Of a DNA stretch of 64,000 bases, positions 37,024-50,455 are shown piece by piece; the stretch's first letter is position 1; every line of letters begins with the position of its first letter. The translations under genes and the position numbers were made by a program. Origin of the DNA: Cyanophora paradoxa CCMP329 (Eukaryota > Plantae > Glaucophyta); assembly GCA_004431415.1 (NCBI GenBank), contig QPMI01000411.1, forward strand, positions 124,001 to 188,000. Direction: 5' to 3'. The notes under the pieces were generated by a model. It was not told the DNA's origin. It ran no database searches and worked only from the letters and a program-made list of their open reading frames with translations.

Positions 37024-37477
37024 TTATGCATCAGCGTTCTTTCATTGAAGTTAATTGATAGAGGTTCCTCTTCTTACGATGCCAGCCGTTGGATTCTAAC
37101 CTGGCATCTTCATGCATGCGCGTATGCGTGCGCAAGCGATCATTAGGTGAAATAGCTGCTCACGGCAGGTTTCAGACGTCGACAGGGCGGTCGGCCAGGC
37201 AGCCGTACCCCTGACTGCAAAACGCCCGTACCCCTGGACCAACCGCGCCACCCGCGCGGCGTCCGCGCCAAGTTCTCGCTCGCACGGGCACGAGGCATCC
37301 GCCGAGAAGGAGAAGCTTGCGCGTACCCGCTTAGGGTCGCTCCGGATATGCGGCGCTTTTTCGAAGTTCTTGGTGTTAGCTAGAACCAAACAGCGGCTCT
37401 CTCAGTACGGAGAAAACGCGGGCGTCAGAGTAGCTAGCTATAGCTACAGGGGCGGCGCTCGCAACGTTCGCTGTGCA

Positions 37478-40400
37478 AATGGCCATGGCATCGCCAGCTG
37501 CAGCGGCGGCCTCTGCAGCAGGAAGTGGCAACTGGGTCGCGGTAGCACACGCACACCTGGAGCAGGACCTGATCGGCCCGGACGGCGTGGTCGGCGCTGG
37601 CCATGCAGCCGCGGCCGAGCTTGATCATGACGTGCGTCTACCAGAGGAGATCTGCGAGCGGCTGCGCTCGCTTATGGCTGCCCGTCGAGGAGCCCTCGTC
37701 GGCGTCGTAAACGGCAAAGGGCTCGATCGCTTGGCCGTCCTTCTCGCTGCAGCGCACAGAATGCTCGACGAGATTTTGAATACAGGCCGGCACCGCCGCA
37801 CTCTAGTCGTCGCGCTCAACACGGCGGCGCTCCCGGACGATAACTTCTCGCTTACGATGCTCGCCGCGCTGGTGCTCGTCCCCTTGCCGAGTCCTTGACG
37901 GCCGCGGGGACGGCTCTGACCGCCGCCGCGCGCCCAGATCATCAAACGGACTGTCTTAGGCGCCAAGGCGTTTCCGCTCGCCGCTAAGCACGGCTCGGCT
38001 ATTATAATGTATCTCGAGGTGCATGCGGGCAAAGGGATTACTTCGAAATTGCGCATAGACGGCGTGGCGCCCGGCGCTTAGACGCCCCCTGAAACCACCT
38101 CGCGTTGCTCCCCGGGGGATTGTTGCGGGGCATTCGCCTTGCATCCGACAGTTACTTACGAGCGTATTTGCAGGCTGCGCTCAACGGCGCCGGCACCGCT
38201 GCCATCCCCCCTGCAATCGCGCGGGAGTACCCTCGCGTTGTCCCCGCTCTGCGCGAGCTGAGCGTCATGCTTTGCGAGGCGGGCAAGGCGGAGATCACCA
38301 ACGCGCTGGAGTCGGGGGCATTCGTCTGCGCCAAGTTGGTACTTCATCATTTTACTCCTGCCGCTAGCGCTGCCCGACACTAACCTGGCCAACCTGGTCG
38401 TTAGCCGTATCTCTTGGCCTCTATCCTGGTGCCTCGTACTGTTTGCTTGCTTTGTTTTTGTCCCTGCTGAAAGGTTTCTTAGGAGGCGAACGAGCTACTC
38501 GTCTGCTGGCACCAGGACTCGCTGCCCACACAGCTCGTCTCCGTCTTCTCCCTGTTCCTCCTCCACGCCGCTCAGGACGCGTTGGAGGGGACGGCGTTCT
38601 CCTCGTACTTGGTCGCGTCCCTGGAGAGCGCCGAGTCCCTCCTCCCCGGCTTCCACATGATCGACGCCAACCTCCTCCGCTGGCAGCCCGCGGCCGCGGC
38701 CCCGGCCTCCTCGTCGCTCCCTTCTGTCCGCACCCCTCCGCATGATCGGGACCCGGCTAGGCAAAGAGCTGCAGCTGGGCCGGCGTCATCTCTCCCGTGG
38801 CCTGCAGCTGACGGCGCCGAGGGCGCGTGGACCCCTACGTCGGGGTCAGCGATGTCGTTCCCTGTCTCTGCCTCCGCTCGCGAGCGTGCAGTCGCCTCGG
38901 GCTCCATAGAACGTCGCCGGATATGCAAGAAGATGCTCGGGCAAACGGTAGCGATCCGGTCGTCCCTAGCCGCCCTTCGATCCGCGATGGAGGAGGCTGC
39001 ACGCGAGCTTCTTTCATCCTTCCACCTCGTCTCCGTCATGCAGCGTGCCGGACAGCTACAGACTCGCCCCCCTGGTGCGCACGTGCACAGCTCGTATCGA
39101 TATCTGTTTCGCATGCTCTCATCGCGGCCCAGAACTCCCCGTGGTCTTTGACCTTCGGAGGCGGGAGAGTTCATCTCCGGGCTTGTTCTGCTGCCTTTAC
39201 GCCGAGGCACGCAAGGGGCAGAGGGCTTTGGAGGCGCAAGAAGGAGGTCGTCTCGTAGTCTTGCATCCTGCGCAGCCGAGCAGACGGGTGCCCCAGACAC
39301 CCTGCCGCAGACATTATAGACGATCGCGACATGTACTCGCACTCTAGATCTGACGACGCCAGCAGCTGTTCATGGAGTTTGACGGGCTCTTCTTGAATTC
39401 CACACCATTGAGTGAAATGGACGAGGTACTCGGTCTAGAGGCGATTCTTGCTTCGAGCGCTGCCGGCGAAGGCGACGCGCCGTGCTTCATTATATGTGGT
39501 AAGAACCTCTAGATCTATCCGACTATAGGTCTAGTCTAGATCGCCGATATCGATGCGTTTTTTCTTGCAGGGTCGGAAGCCAGCCCTGTCTCAAGCCCCT
39601 CGCGGAATGCTCTCGGAAGTGACAGGCGACCAGGGCTCATCGTGCGAGTGTTGTAAGGACTCTCTCAAGCTGTTCATCATTTTAAGGGTAGGGCACTGAC
39701 CACCTCACCAGGGCTCTGCTCTTCCAGCTTCGTGAGGAGGCTATACGAGGCGCCATTGCAGGGCAAGCCGAAGGTATTTCGAATTCTTTTTAAATTTATC
39801 CCGCTGATTGAGCTTGGCAGATTGGGAGGTGAATCTCTCGTTCATTGACGTTGTTCCATCGGGCTCCACATCCTCGGAAGCATCTGTAAGCGCGGCTGGT
39901 GTTATGTTATCGATAGTGCGAGGGCTGATCTCGAACTCTTTTTGCAAGGTGAAGTCAAACACGCCGAGGGCTGCGCATTCTTCGAGCACGCCGAAGTCAA
40001 CACAGGATTCAGCCAGGAATCCCACAACTGCTCGCCGCATGCTCAACTTGGCGACCCCGTCAGCGAAAGCTTCAAAGCAGCCGCAGAGCTCAAAAGCGAT
40101 CGCCCCTGGGACGGTGCATCTGGCCTGTGACACGCTGCAGGTGCTGAAGCTTGCTGCAAGCTTAAGCTAGACTTGTCTTTGCTGCACGAATCTAGAGATC
40201 CGACCGCTTCTGATCAGGAAGCCGTCGATTTCCTGCGGTTCGCGTGCCCTCCGCTGGAGCCCGCCCCTTCGGGTGCCGCAGGTCCCCTGCTGCCTTGGGC
40301 GCGGCATCGCATCATCGAAGTCCTCGTCAACCAGCACCAAGCGAACGTGCAGTAAGTCCGGAACTCACGCGCGTGTCCACGTGGAGCGTTTCGCGTTTAA

Positions 40401-43082
40401 TGGGCGGATTTCTCTCAAGGTGGCGCACGTCTTCGTTTCGGCTCACGTTCGTGACGGTGCGCTCGCTCGTTTCAAATTCAAACCCACTATCTCGCGCTCG
40501 CTCATGCTCTGTATCTGGGCAGATCGACACGTCCGACGGGCCGAACCTGAACGACGTGGCGCACGTCCTCGCGACCCCCGGCGACCTTGCGGCCATTCTG
40601 CAGCGCCGCCGGAGCGCTGCCGGCGCGCTCTCGGCGGCCACCGGCGCCCCGCAGCGCCTCGCCGACCTCCTTCGGGACCGCCTCCGTGAGCTCGGGCTCT
40701 TGCAGCCGTCTGATCTGTTCGACCGCCCTCTGCCCCGCGCGTGACGGGCGGGCTGCATGCAGGACCGGGCACGCCCCTGCAGATCGTCGGGCACCTGTGC
40801 GACTCGGCGACAGAAGACACTCAGGTACAGGACCCCCGGTGTGTGCCTGCGCGCCCGCTGACGCAGCTGCAGAACACGCTGGAGTTTCTGGCCAAGTCAA
40901 GGGGTTCGTGCTGCGGAATTTTCCCATACGTGTAACGGAGTAATGCTGCGTCGTCTACATTCTGATTATTTTCTTTTAGGGAAAACCCTCTCCTGGAGCC
41001 TGGCATCTGCGCCCGCCACAGAGACGACGGCGTCGGCACCGGATCTTGCCCTCACTCTCGTGCATTCCCGGCGAGGAATTCCCTGTGTTCCGCCCTGAGC
41101 CGGCTTGCAGGCTCGGCGAATGAAGAAGGAATCGCAGGCGCACAGCGAGGAGTGCGCGAAGCTGCGCTCCGAGGCGCAGGCCGCAGAGGCTCGCGCCCGG
41201 CACGCGAGTTTGGAGGTTCACAGCTTGCGCGCTGTCGTTCGCCAGCTGCAGGTGACGCGGATACCGGTGGTGCTTGTCGACGTGGCCCCGGCACTTATGC
41301 TTTCGAGTCGCAGGCCCAGGTATCCAGGGCGCGGCGCGGCATTCAGGCGCGTGCTTGCGACCGCCGTTGATCCCGCGCATCGCACCGGCTAATTCCGGCC
41401 GCGCGCAGCACGAGGGCAGCGTCCAGCAGCTCCGGCGGGCCATGCAGGAGAGCGTCGCCCGGGCGAACGCCGCCGCCGCGGAGGCGGCGCGCATCAGCGG
41501 CCTCTCGGCGGCCGGCCTCTCGGTGGCGGACGCCATAGCGGGGGCTTCCCCGGCGCCCATCATCGAGGAGGAGGCCGAGGGGGACGTCTGGTCCGTCGCC
41601 GACTCCGCCGCCGCCGTGGCCCAGTCCGGCAGGTCCGTCCTTCCCCTTCCCCATCGCTTCCTTCCTCCCTCGCGCTCGCATCCGTCGCCCGCCCGCCGAC
41701 ACGTGTCGCGCCCCCTGCGCAGCGAGCCGGACATGCAGGTGACGGACGCGGCTGCCGAGGTCGCGGCGGCCGAGGCCGACGCGGCAGAGCTGCGGCGGTT
41801 CGTGTTTGCGCCGTGGCGCGCGCGCCAGCCCGTCGGGTCTAAGAGAGTGCGCAGGGAGGTCGCGGCGCTGCACGCCGAGCTCGGGGCCGGGCGGGCCGCG
41901 CTGCGGGCGCGGGATGCGCAGATCGCGGACCTCCGCGGTGAGCGCTCTCCGCCCGCCCGCACCCCGCGAAGGCGCTGATCCGGCGCCCCGCCCCGCCCTG
42001 GCGTGCAGAGCGCCTGGCGAGCGCGGAGCAGGAGAAGGAGGAGGAGATCCGGGCGCTGGACGCGCGGGTGGACCAGCTCGTGGAGCAGCAGCACGGGCTC
42101 GCGCTGCACGCCCTCCACCGCGACGACGAGGCGCACGCCGCCGCCCAGAAGCGCTCCGCCGCCCTCGAGGCCGCCCTCGCGAAGACGAGGGCCGACCTCC
42201 AGGCCGCCGCGGCCCGCGAGGCGGCGCTCCTCGTGAGCCCTCCCGCCTGCACGCGCACGCGTGCACGTGCACCCCGCGACCGCCCCTGATCGTGCGTCGT
42301 CCCCGCAGAGGGAGAAGAGCGAGAGCGACGGCGTCGCGCACCAGTGGGCGGAGCGGGCGCAGGAGCTCGAGGCGCAGATTGCAGCGCTCGAGGAGCAGCT
42401 GCACGCGCGCGCCGACGCGGCCGACGGCGACGCGGGCGAGGAGCTGCGCGAGCACGCGGCCGCCCTCGAGGTGCGGGGTCGCACGGCCGGCAGGCGCCGC
42501 CTTCCGCTCGCGACTGCAGCTGAGCCGCCGGCAGGCGTCGAACCTTGAGCTCCGCTCCCAAGTGGCGCACCTGGAGGCCGAGAACGCGCAGCTGCGCATG
42601 AACACGGAGGTTGCGCGAAAGCGGGCCCACGCGGGCGACCAGCAGCAGGCGGCGCTGGAGGCGGCGGGGCGCGCCGCGCAGCTGGAGGCGGCGCTAGCGG
42701 CCAAGGACGCGGAGCTGCGCTCGCAGGCGCAGCACGCCCAGGAGCACGAGAGCATGCTCCTGGACTCGGTCAAAGTCATCGAGGAGACCGAGAAGCGCCT
42801 GCGGCACGTCCAGGCGCGCCCCTCCGCCGCCCCGCCCGCGCACGCGTGCACGCCGGGGCGCCCATGCCCGTCTGCAGAGCACAGCTTGGACGCTCGCCTG
42901 TACGGTGGACATGCTCCGAGGAGATACGCTTGCTTTCGTCATGGGCCATAGCATCGAGCAGAAGAGGGTACGCTCGGTTTCACACAACCCCTTCCACCCC
43001 CCCCCCCCCCCCCAACCCCCCTCCACCCCCCACCCCCACCCCCCCCATCCCCTTCCTCCCCGTACCTCACCCCCACCCCCAC

Positions 43083-43113
<31 letters not shown>

Positions 43114-44051
43114 CGCCCTGCCCCCAACCCCCCACCCCACCCACCCCTACCCCACCCCATCCCCCACCCCCACCCCCTCCCCCTACCCCCCCCCCCCCAA
43201 CCCTTCCTCCCGTACCTCACCCCCACCCACCACACACACACACACACCACCCACATAACATCTCTCTCTGCTCGTGACCCTGACTGTGACTATGACTCGC
43301 CTTAGTTCTTCTGCTCGGTGGCGCGCACGCTCGGGTGCGCGCGGACGTGCCCCCCCTTGCGCAGCACTCGGCCTGACGCGTCATCCGTGCGCGTGCGCAG
43401 GCGCTTCGAGTGGGCGGTAAGGGCGGCAGCGCCGGTCGCGCGGCCGCCAGCTGACCGCTCTTCCGGCTCAGCCGCAAGCGAACTACCGGGCGCTGGGGCA
43501 CGTGGATCTTGCGGAGGTCTCCGGCATTGTCCTCGGCCTCATCTCCTCCGAATCCTTCGCAAGCACGCCGTTCCAGCAGGTGTCCCCCGCCCCCCGCCCC
43601 CACCCCCAACCCACCACCCCCCCTCGGCGGCATTATGCAGTATTTTTCTTACACGCGGCGTATTTTAGCGCTGGCTGTGCTTCTCTCTTGTGCCTAAGAA
43701 AGGCGCGACTCCCCGACCTTGCATCGAAATCCAGGCATCAGGTGCTCCCTTTGCTAGATCTGTGACGTTCCTCTTCGCTCGTGCCCAGCTCAACTTCAAA
43801 TTCGCGCAGACTCTATGCAGCTTCGCATCTGGTGCGCTCGTGCTCGCTGTGCTTCACTCTGCCCCCGGGCAGCAACAACTGAGCGCCCGGCTGCGGCTGC
43901 GGGCGCGCGCAGGTTCATGGGCCTGCAGAGCCTCATCCAGCAGCCGCCCCGGATGAAGAGGAGCCTGGCGCGCCTCCTCTGGTACACCGCCCTCTGGCGC
44001 TTCCGCGTCTGGAGGGCCTCCCTCGGCGCCGGCCCCCGCCGTTTCTACTAG
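37478..44051 (+). CDS. Large multi-exon hypothetical protein with long coiled-coil region (possibly two genes)
   Basis: Consistent spliceable exons from MAMASPAAAA.. to ..WRASLGAGPRRFY*. The heptad-rich segment is at 41110-42810 (e.g. ERAQELEAQIAALEEQL, ELRSQVAHLEAENAQLR). No family recognised. Confidence 0.55.
42985..43255 (+). repeat. Intronic C/A low-complexity tract with (CA)n and a duplicated ~50-bp unit
   Basis: The unit cccttcctcc(c)cgtacctcacccccacc..(ca)n occurs at ~43049 and 43201. Confidence 0.85.
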
Positions 44052-44986
44052 GCTAAGCTAAATCTGAGCTCAACCGCATGGCACATGCATGCATTTTTCA
44101 ACTCCGGTCCAGTATTTAATTTCGAATCCAGTCATTCGATCGCTCGCCCCTCTCGATAATGACAGCAATTTAATGACATCGCTATTTACGGTGGTGTCAG
44201 AAAAGGCAGAACACATGTAGCTGCGCACAGCCTGGCAGGGCTAGGCCCAGACCTGGACGCATGCCAGAGGGCGAAGTGGGTGAAGATCTAGAGGATGTGG
44301 CCCACGTCGACGTACCGGGTCGGGGGTGGGGAAGGGGTACCGGCCAGGGGCTGGGAGGGGGGTCCCTGCGCGCCCCGCGCCCAGCACTGCGGCGCCGGCG
44401 TGCACACGTGCACGCCTCGATCGACATCACGCCTCGATAGCGAGCCCGACAGGCCGCCAAGCTAGATCTAGAGGCCCTGAGGCCCCCCAGGGCCTCGCAG
44501 AGTCGGGATCCCGCGGTCGCGGCCTAGGCCAGGGGGCAGCGCGGATACCGGTGCACCAGTGATCATGATCATGATCATGATGCGGGCTCGCGATCAGCTG
44601 TCGCGAGGCGATCGCGTTAGACGCCGTGCACTCGGCCACGTGCGGGCCTCAGATCTCAATAGTCTGGAGGGGGGCGGGGCGCGGGCTCGAAAGCGGAGGG
44701 CCCCTCGCGACTCAGGACTGTCGACCCCTTCTTCGAATTCGGATGGAAATTAGATGTCGACAGCACGAGCGCCAACCTCGGTTCGAATTCTTCAATCGAT
44801 ATCGTACGGCCCGGCTGGGGCCACCGTAGTACAGCCGCTCGTTGACCCCTCGAAGCAGCCACGTGCACGCGCACAACGCACGCTCCTGGGCCCTCAGACT
44901 CTCAGTCTGATCGTCAAGAGCTCCAAGGTTCGAGTTCGCCTAGCTATAGTTCCTAGAGACAAAATGTAGACTAGTCGGGAGAGGGG

Positions 44987-47900
44987 TCATCGCGCTGGCT
45001 GGTCCGCCCAGAGGTTCATCTGGTGGATCTGCGTGGCGGGGAAGCGGAGGAGAGCGTCACGATCAGAGAGGCAGAGGCTCGGGGGGGCGGGGGCGGGCCT
45101 TGATGCGGGCGGAGAGGACGAAGGGGCTGGCGGGGTCGGCGGGGCTCGCGAGGAGGGAGCGGATGGCCCAGAGCGTCGACGCGAGCGCCGCCTCCAGCTC
45201 CGCGTTCGGGTCGAACAGCGGCAGCACCTGCGCGCCGGCCACGCAGCGGCGACGGTCAGACCTGCGGTCATCCAGCATCGGATCGGAGGGGGTACAGGCG
45301 CGCGCGCCTTGAGGTAGCGGCCGCAGAACTCCATGAAGGACATGGCGAGGTCGCGGCCCAGGGGGGTACCGGGCGCCTCGAACTTGGCGGCGTCCTTCTT
45401 GCCCCACGTCGCCTCCAGCGCCCGGTCGAAGACGTGCTGGAGGGAGGCGGCTCACGAGGAGAAGGGGGGAGGGAGAGGGGAGGGCGGGGCGGGCCTGGAT
45501 GGTGAGGGCGTCGGCGGGGCGGGCCCAGGCGACGTCGCGGAGGCGGAGCATGCGGGCGGGGCCGAGCAGGTTCCGCAGCACCGCCATCCGCATCTCCAGC
45601 GCCTGCAGGGCGGGCCTCGGGGGCGCTCGGGTGGGGAGGGCGGGCGGGGCGGGGGCGGACGGAGAGGTGCGGGGAGGGGGCGGCGAGGCCCTCGCAGTAC
45701 TGCCCGATGCCGAGCCCGACGCACTCGCCCACGCGCGTCACCATCCGCGGGAACTCCGCCGGCAGCGGCGCCAGCGCCGGGCCCGTCGCGATCTGCGGGG
45801 TCCGATCTGCAAGGCGCGAGCGAGGGGGCGGGCGGGGCGGGCGGGGCGGGCGGGCCTGGAGGATGAGGTCGAGGGCGCGGCGCTGCTGCTCGGGCGGCAC
45901 GGGCGTCACGGGGTCCGGCGCCCCGCGTCCCCCTGCGCCCCGCCCGCCCCGTCAGCCCCGCCGAGACGAGGGCGGGCGGGCGGGCGGGCGGGGCGGGGCG
46001 CGCCGGTGGGCCTTGCTGATGACGGTGCCCCCCACGAACTTGGCGAGGTACGCCCCCGCGCGCGCCACCTGCGCCCCGACGTCCACCCGCGTCGGGCCGC
46101 GCCGCAGGGAGCAGCGGGGGGGGGGGCCCTCTGCGGCGCGGACCTGGGAGCTGAGGCGGGAGAGGAAGGCGGCGTACTCGGGCCACTCCCCCCGGCCTTG
46201 GTCGCCCGCTGCAGCGCCTCCCCCTGCGCCCCGCCTGCTCGGGGGGCCGCCCGCCCCGGGCCCGGGGGCGCGGGCGTGGCTGGCGGCAGCGCACGCGGAC
46301 GGCGGCGCAGAGGGCGATGAGGTCGGAGTAGTAGGCGATGGGGTCCGACGAGAGGTCCCACGTCGACGTGTGCGGGTCCCACCTGCCGCCCGGCACGCAT
46401 GAGCCCAGCTCAGGAGGGGCGGGGAGGGGGCGAGGGGCGAGGGGCGGCACCCGTCGGGCCCGGGGCCGTCCTCGTCGGTGGAGAAGCCGTAGGCGGCGTC
46501 CCCCGCCCGCCCCGCCAGCATCTCCTTCAGGCGCGGCGGCTCCTGCGCGAGGGCGGGGGCGCGTGAGAGGGGGCCATCCCATCTGTCTACGCTCGGGCGG
46601 CCGCCCACCCCTTCCGATCCCTTCTCAACCCAGAGCCTCGAGCCCTCTGGCGGGGGCGGACCTGGAGGACGGTGCCGTCGAGGGTCGCCGCCCGCACGCT
46701 CGCCCCGTCCCCGTCCCGCTCCGAGTACCCGTACTGCCGGGGGTTACGGTTCAAGCGGGGAGCGGGGGGGGAGGAGGGGGGCGCCGCACCGAGATGGCCA
46801 TGACGTCGTACACGCCGACGGTGCGCGTGTAGTAGTCGCCCTGCTTCGAGCGGTCGCTCTGCGCGGCGCCGCGTCGGACTCGGGAGGGTCGAGGGGGCAG
46901 GGGCGGGCGGGCGGGGCGGGCCTGGATGTTGGCGGGGTGGTAGTCCATCACGCTCGACGAGATCCCGTTCTGCTTCGCGAAGGCCTTCCCCGCGACCCCT
47001 CCGCGGGTCGGGGCGGGGCGGGGCGGGGCGGGGCGGGGGGGGCGGACGGGGTCGTTGAGGCGGTGCCAGGGGACGCCGGTGGAGGCCTTGAAGTTGTGGC
47101 GGAGGCCCAGCGTGTGCCCCACCTCGTGCATCGCCACCTGCCCACGCGCGGGGCGGGGCGAGGCGCAGGGCCTGAGCCGACGGGGGGGGGGGGCGGGGGG
47201 CGGCCCCCGCACCTCGACGAGGGCCTGGCCGATGTACTCCTCGGGGATCTCGTCGGCGGGGCTCGAGAGGGCCCCGTCCAGCAGCAGCGCCGCCCGCAGC
47301 AGCGCCGGCGACGCCTCGTCCCGCCCCCGCTCGCAGTGCCGGTGCTGCAGCCGCCGGCCCCGGTGCCGGAAGCGCGGGCCCCGCGCCCGCGCCTCGCCCC
47401 GCTCCCACCCGCCGCCCGTCCCGTTGCCGGCGCCCAGCCACGCGGCGAAGGCCGCCGGGTCGCTCGCCGGGGGCATCGCCCGCCCGTGCGCGTGGGCGTG
47501 CCCGTGCCCGCCGCTCGGGCCGTGGGCGGCGCGCAGGGAGCGGGCGTGGCCGGCCCCGCCGGCGCCCCGCCAGAGCGCCTCGTACGCCGCCGCGCTGCTC
47601 GCCCCCGGTGCGGGGGCCACTGCCGCGCGCTCAAGCAAACACACGAACGGAGAAGGGGGGTGGACGGGGGCGGACCCTGGCGGGAGTACTCGCGGGTCCA
47701 GGAGCGGATCCAGCCGTGCGTGAAGACGATGTCGGCGTTGAGGATCTCGCCCCTGCCCGCCCCCGTCAAGAGGGGCGGCCTCTCCCGAGACGGGGCGGGG
47801 CGAGGGGGGGGCGCACGTGCGGGGGTCGACGTCGTGGGGCCCGAGGGCGTAGGTCGAGGAGAGGGCGGGGGCCCACGAGATGCTCGAGTACCGGATGTCC

Positions 47901-50133
47901 CCCGCGTCGTAGTCCGCAGGCCAGTCCTCGCTCCCTGCGCCCCGCCCCCCGCTGCCTCGGCGCATGTCCGGGGCGCGCCGCGGCGGCGGAGGGGGGGGCA
48001 AGCGGGAGCTAGAGCTTCGGCGGCTGTGCTGGGTTGGGCTGGAGGCGGCTCGAGGCGCCGGGGAGGACGGCTGCACCAGGCCAGGAGCAGCTACGGGAAG
48101 CGCCGCGGGGCCGGCCGGCGCGCGCTCACCGGGGAGGACGGCGCGGATGGCGTTGGGCCACCCCGCCGCGTCGAACGCCTTCTGCCAGTTCTGCGCCCGC
48201 GCAGTCAGCCGGAGGGGGGGAAGGGGGGGGGGAGGGCGCGCCTCGACGCCCTTCTTGATGTAGGGGCGCCACCGCTCCGGCTGCAGGACGCCGTCAGGCC
48301 GCGGGGCCGGGCGCGGCGAGGGGCGCGGCGCCAGCGCACAACGGTGGGGTCGACGTGGTACGTGATGGGCCGGATCGGCTCCGAGACCGCCGCCGTCGGG
48401 TCCTGCGCCGGGGCGCCCCGTGAGCTCGCTCAGGGCCGGGGGCCCGCGCGAGGCGCCCGCCTTCTTCTCGAGGCGCCAGCGGTTAATGAGGGAGACCCGC
48501 ATGCTCTCGTCCGGCGAGGCGTCTGAGAGGGGGGCAGGGCTTTCAGGACAGGAGGGGGGGGAGGAGGAGGAGAAGGGCACGGCGCGCCCAGGTTGGTGTA
48601 CGTCGACGTGAAGAACCCCACGCGCGAGTCCGCCCGCCGCGCCTGCTTCGAGGTCAGAGGGGGTGGAGGGGGGGGGGAGCGCGCGGGGGGTACGTGCCTT
48701 CATGGGGACCTCGGGGAGCTCGCCGAGGGAGAACGTCACGCCGGCGCCCGTGAGGGGCGGCATCGTCGACTCCTCGTCCAGCATCGAGTCCCGTATCCCC
48801 ATCGCCTGCGGCGGAAAGCTCGAGGTTTTGTTTTGGGGGGAAGGGGGGTACGGGCGCGCCTCGACGATGAAGTTGAGGTTGTGGGGGAAGGCCGCGACGC
48901 GCGCCACGCGCCCCTTCGCGAAGTCGCCCATGTCCACCACGTCCATCCCGTCTGCCCGGTACCCCCCTCGAAATTCGACACCCGGGGGGAAGGGGCACGG
49001 GGGTACGCACATCCGATCCAGTTGGAGATCTCGATCACGTACGCCTTGCCGCCGTCGTCGAGGTCCAGCTCCTGGGGGGCCCTCAGTATAGGTCGGGGGT
49101 ACGCGCCCCAGGGGGCTGCCGGGGGACGTGCCTTGTAGACCGAGAAGGATCGGACCCAGCCGGCCCAGACGCCCTCCGTGTACGCCGCCCGCAGCTGCGG
49201 CGCCCTGAGCGGAGAGAAGGGGTACGGGAAAAGCAAAGATCTCGAGCCTCGGAGGCGCCGGCGACGCGGATCTCGAGCTCGGGCTGGACGAGCTCGACGG
49301 TGTTGTTGAAGCGCCCGAGGCGGAACTGGAACCAGTTGTGGTCCGTGTCCGTCGCCGGCATGTGCAGCAGGAACCTGGCGCGGCGCGGGATCTCGGAGGG
49401 GGCGCGGGGGGGCGGGGGCGGGGGCGGGGCGGACTGCTCGGCGTCGCCCTTGGAGAGGAGGGCGGTGATGACGAAGGGGACCTCGAAGCGGTCCACGGCG
49501 AGGTAGACGGAGCCCTCGCCGTCCTCGTACACGTTGTAGAGCCCCGCGTACTTCGTACCCAGCTCCGCCTCGGGGTCCTCCTCCTCCTCCTCCCCCCCGC
49601 CGCCGCCGTCGTCGCCGCCCTCGCCCTCGCCCTCGCCGGCGGCGCCGGGGGCCTTGCCGGGCCGCGTCCCGTTGCCGCCGGTCACGTTCAGGCTCGGAGT
49701 CGGCGTCGGCCCCGCGGCGCCGGGCGTCGGGGACGGCCCCGCCTTCTTGGCCGCCGACGCCGGCGGGCTGGCCTTCGGCGGGGCGACGCCGGACGCCGGG
49801 CCGGGCGCGGGGGCGTCCTGCGCGTCGCTCGCCTTGGGCGGCTCGCAGCAGGCGACGACCGTCTCGTGCTTGTGCGTCGCCAGCGACGCGACGGCGATGG
49901 AGAGGACGACGATGACCAGGGCCGCCGTGCACGCCACGCCCAGCAGGAACCTGCGTTCGGGGACGGGCGCAGTGTCGGCCGCGGCCGGGAGGGACGCCGG
50001 GGCGCGACTCGCACATCTTGTTGAGGTAGAACCGCCCGCCGCGACGCGGGGCGCCTCGCTGGCCGCCAAGCTCCACTTCTACCTCGTCCGTCATCAGCGG
50101 CTCGAACGTGGTCATCTCCACGGCGCGAGCCAT
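44987..50133 (-). CDS. Membrane-anchored Met-zincin zinc metalloprotease, bacterial DUF5117/DUF4953 (EcxA/ZnMc_MMP_like_2) type
   Basis: Zinc-binding motif HEVGHTLGLRHNFKAS; Met-turn SSSVMDYHPAN; VGVYDVMAI-YGYS; INRWRLEKK; PITYHVDPT; NWQKAFDAAGWPNAI; DIRYSSISW; VDPRT-GEILNADI. N-terminal TM segment LLGVACTAALVIVVLSIAVASLA. Confidence 0.9.
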
Positions 50134-50455
50134 CGCGTGCAGATGCGGCTCGGAGCTCGATACTGCCGGTGGTTGGGACGGCTCCGCCCCGCTACTCACG
50201 CAAAGAATCGCCTACGAACGAGCGCGTTCGCTCGCGCCGTCGCCCGCGCGTATGCTTGGTCCCCTTCGACGTCGGAAACGGGCCCGCCCGTCTGCGTCGT
50301 CGAGGAAAACTCGAAACGTGCGCCTTACGCGCTGCCTACGCGCCCGGATCCCGCGCAGCGAGCTGCTAAAGCAGCAGAACGCTGCTGCGACGGGTACTCG
50401 AGACACTTCGTTCGCCTCTTTCGAAGGGGCAACGCGCGGCAGGCGGTCGTTTGCG

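Noticed and set aside
33705-37031. 1108-aa minus-strand ORF, and the many other long R/P/G/A-rich ORFs in the track
   Set aside because: These are antisense or out-of-frame shadows caused by extreme GC and scarce stop codons. The motif-bearing, spliceable frame is elsewhere.
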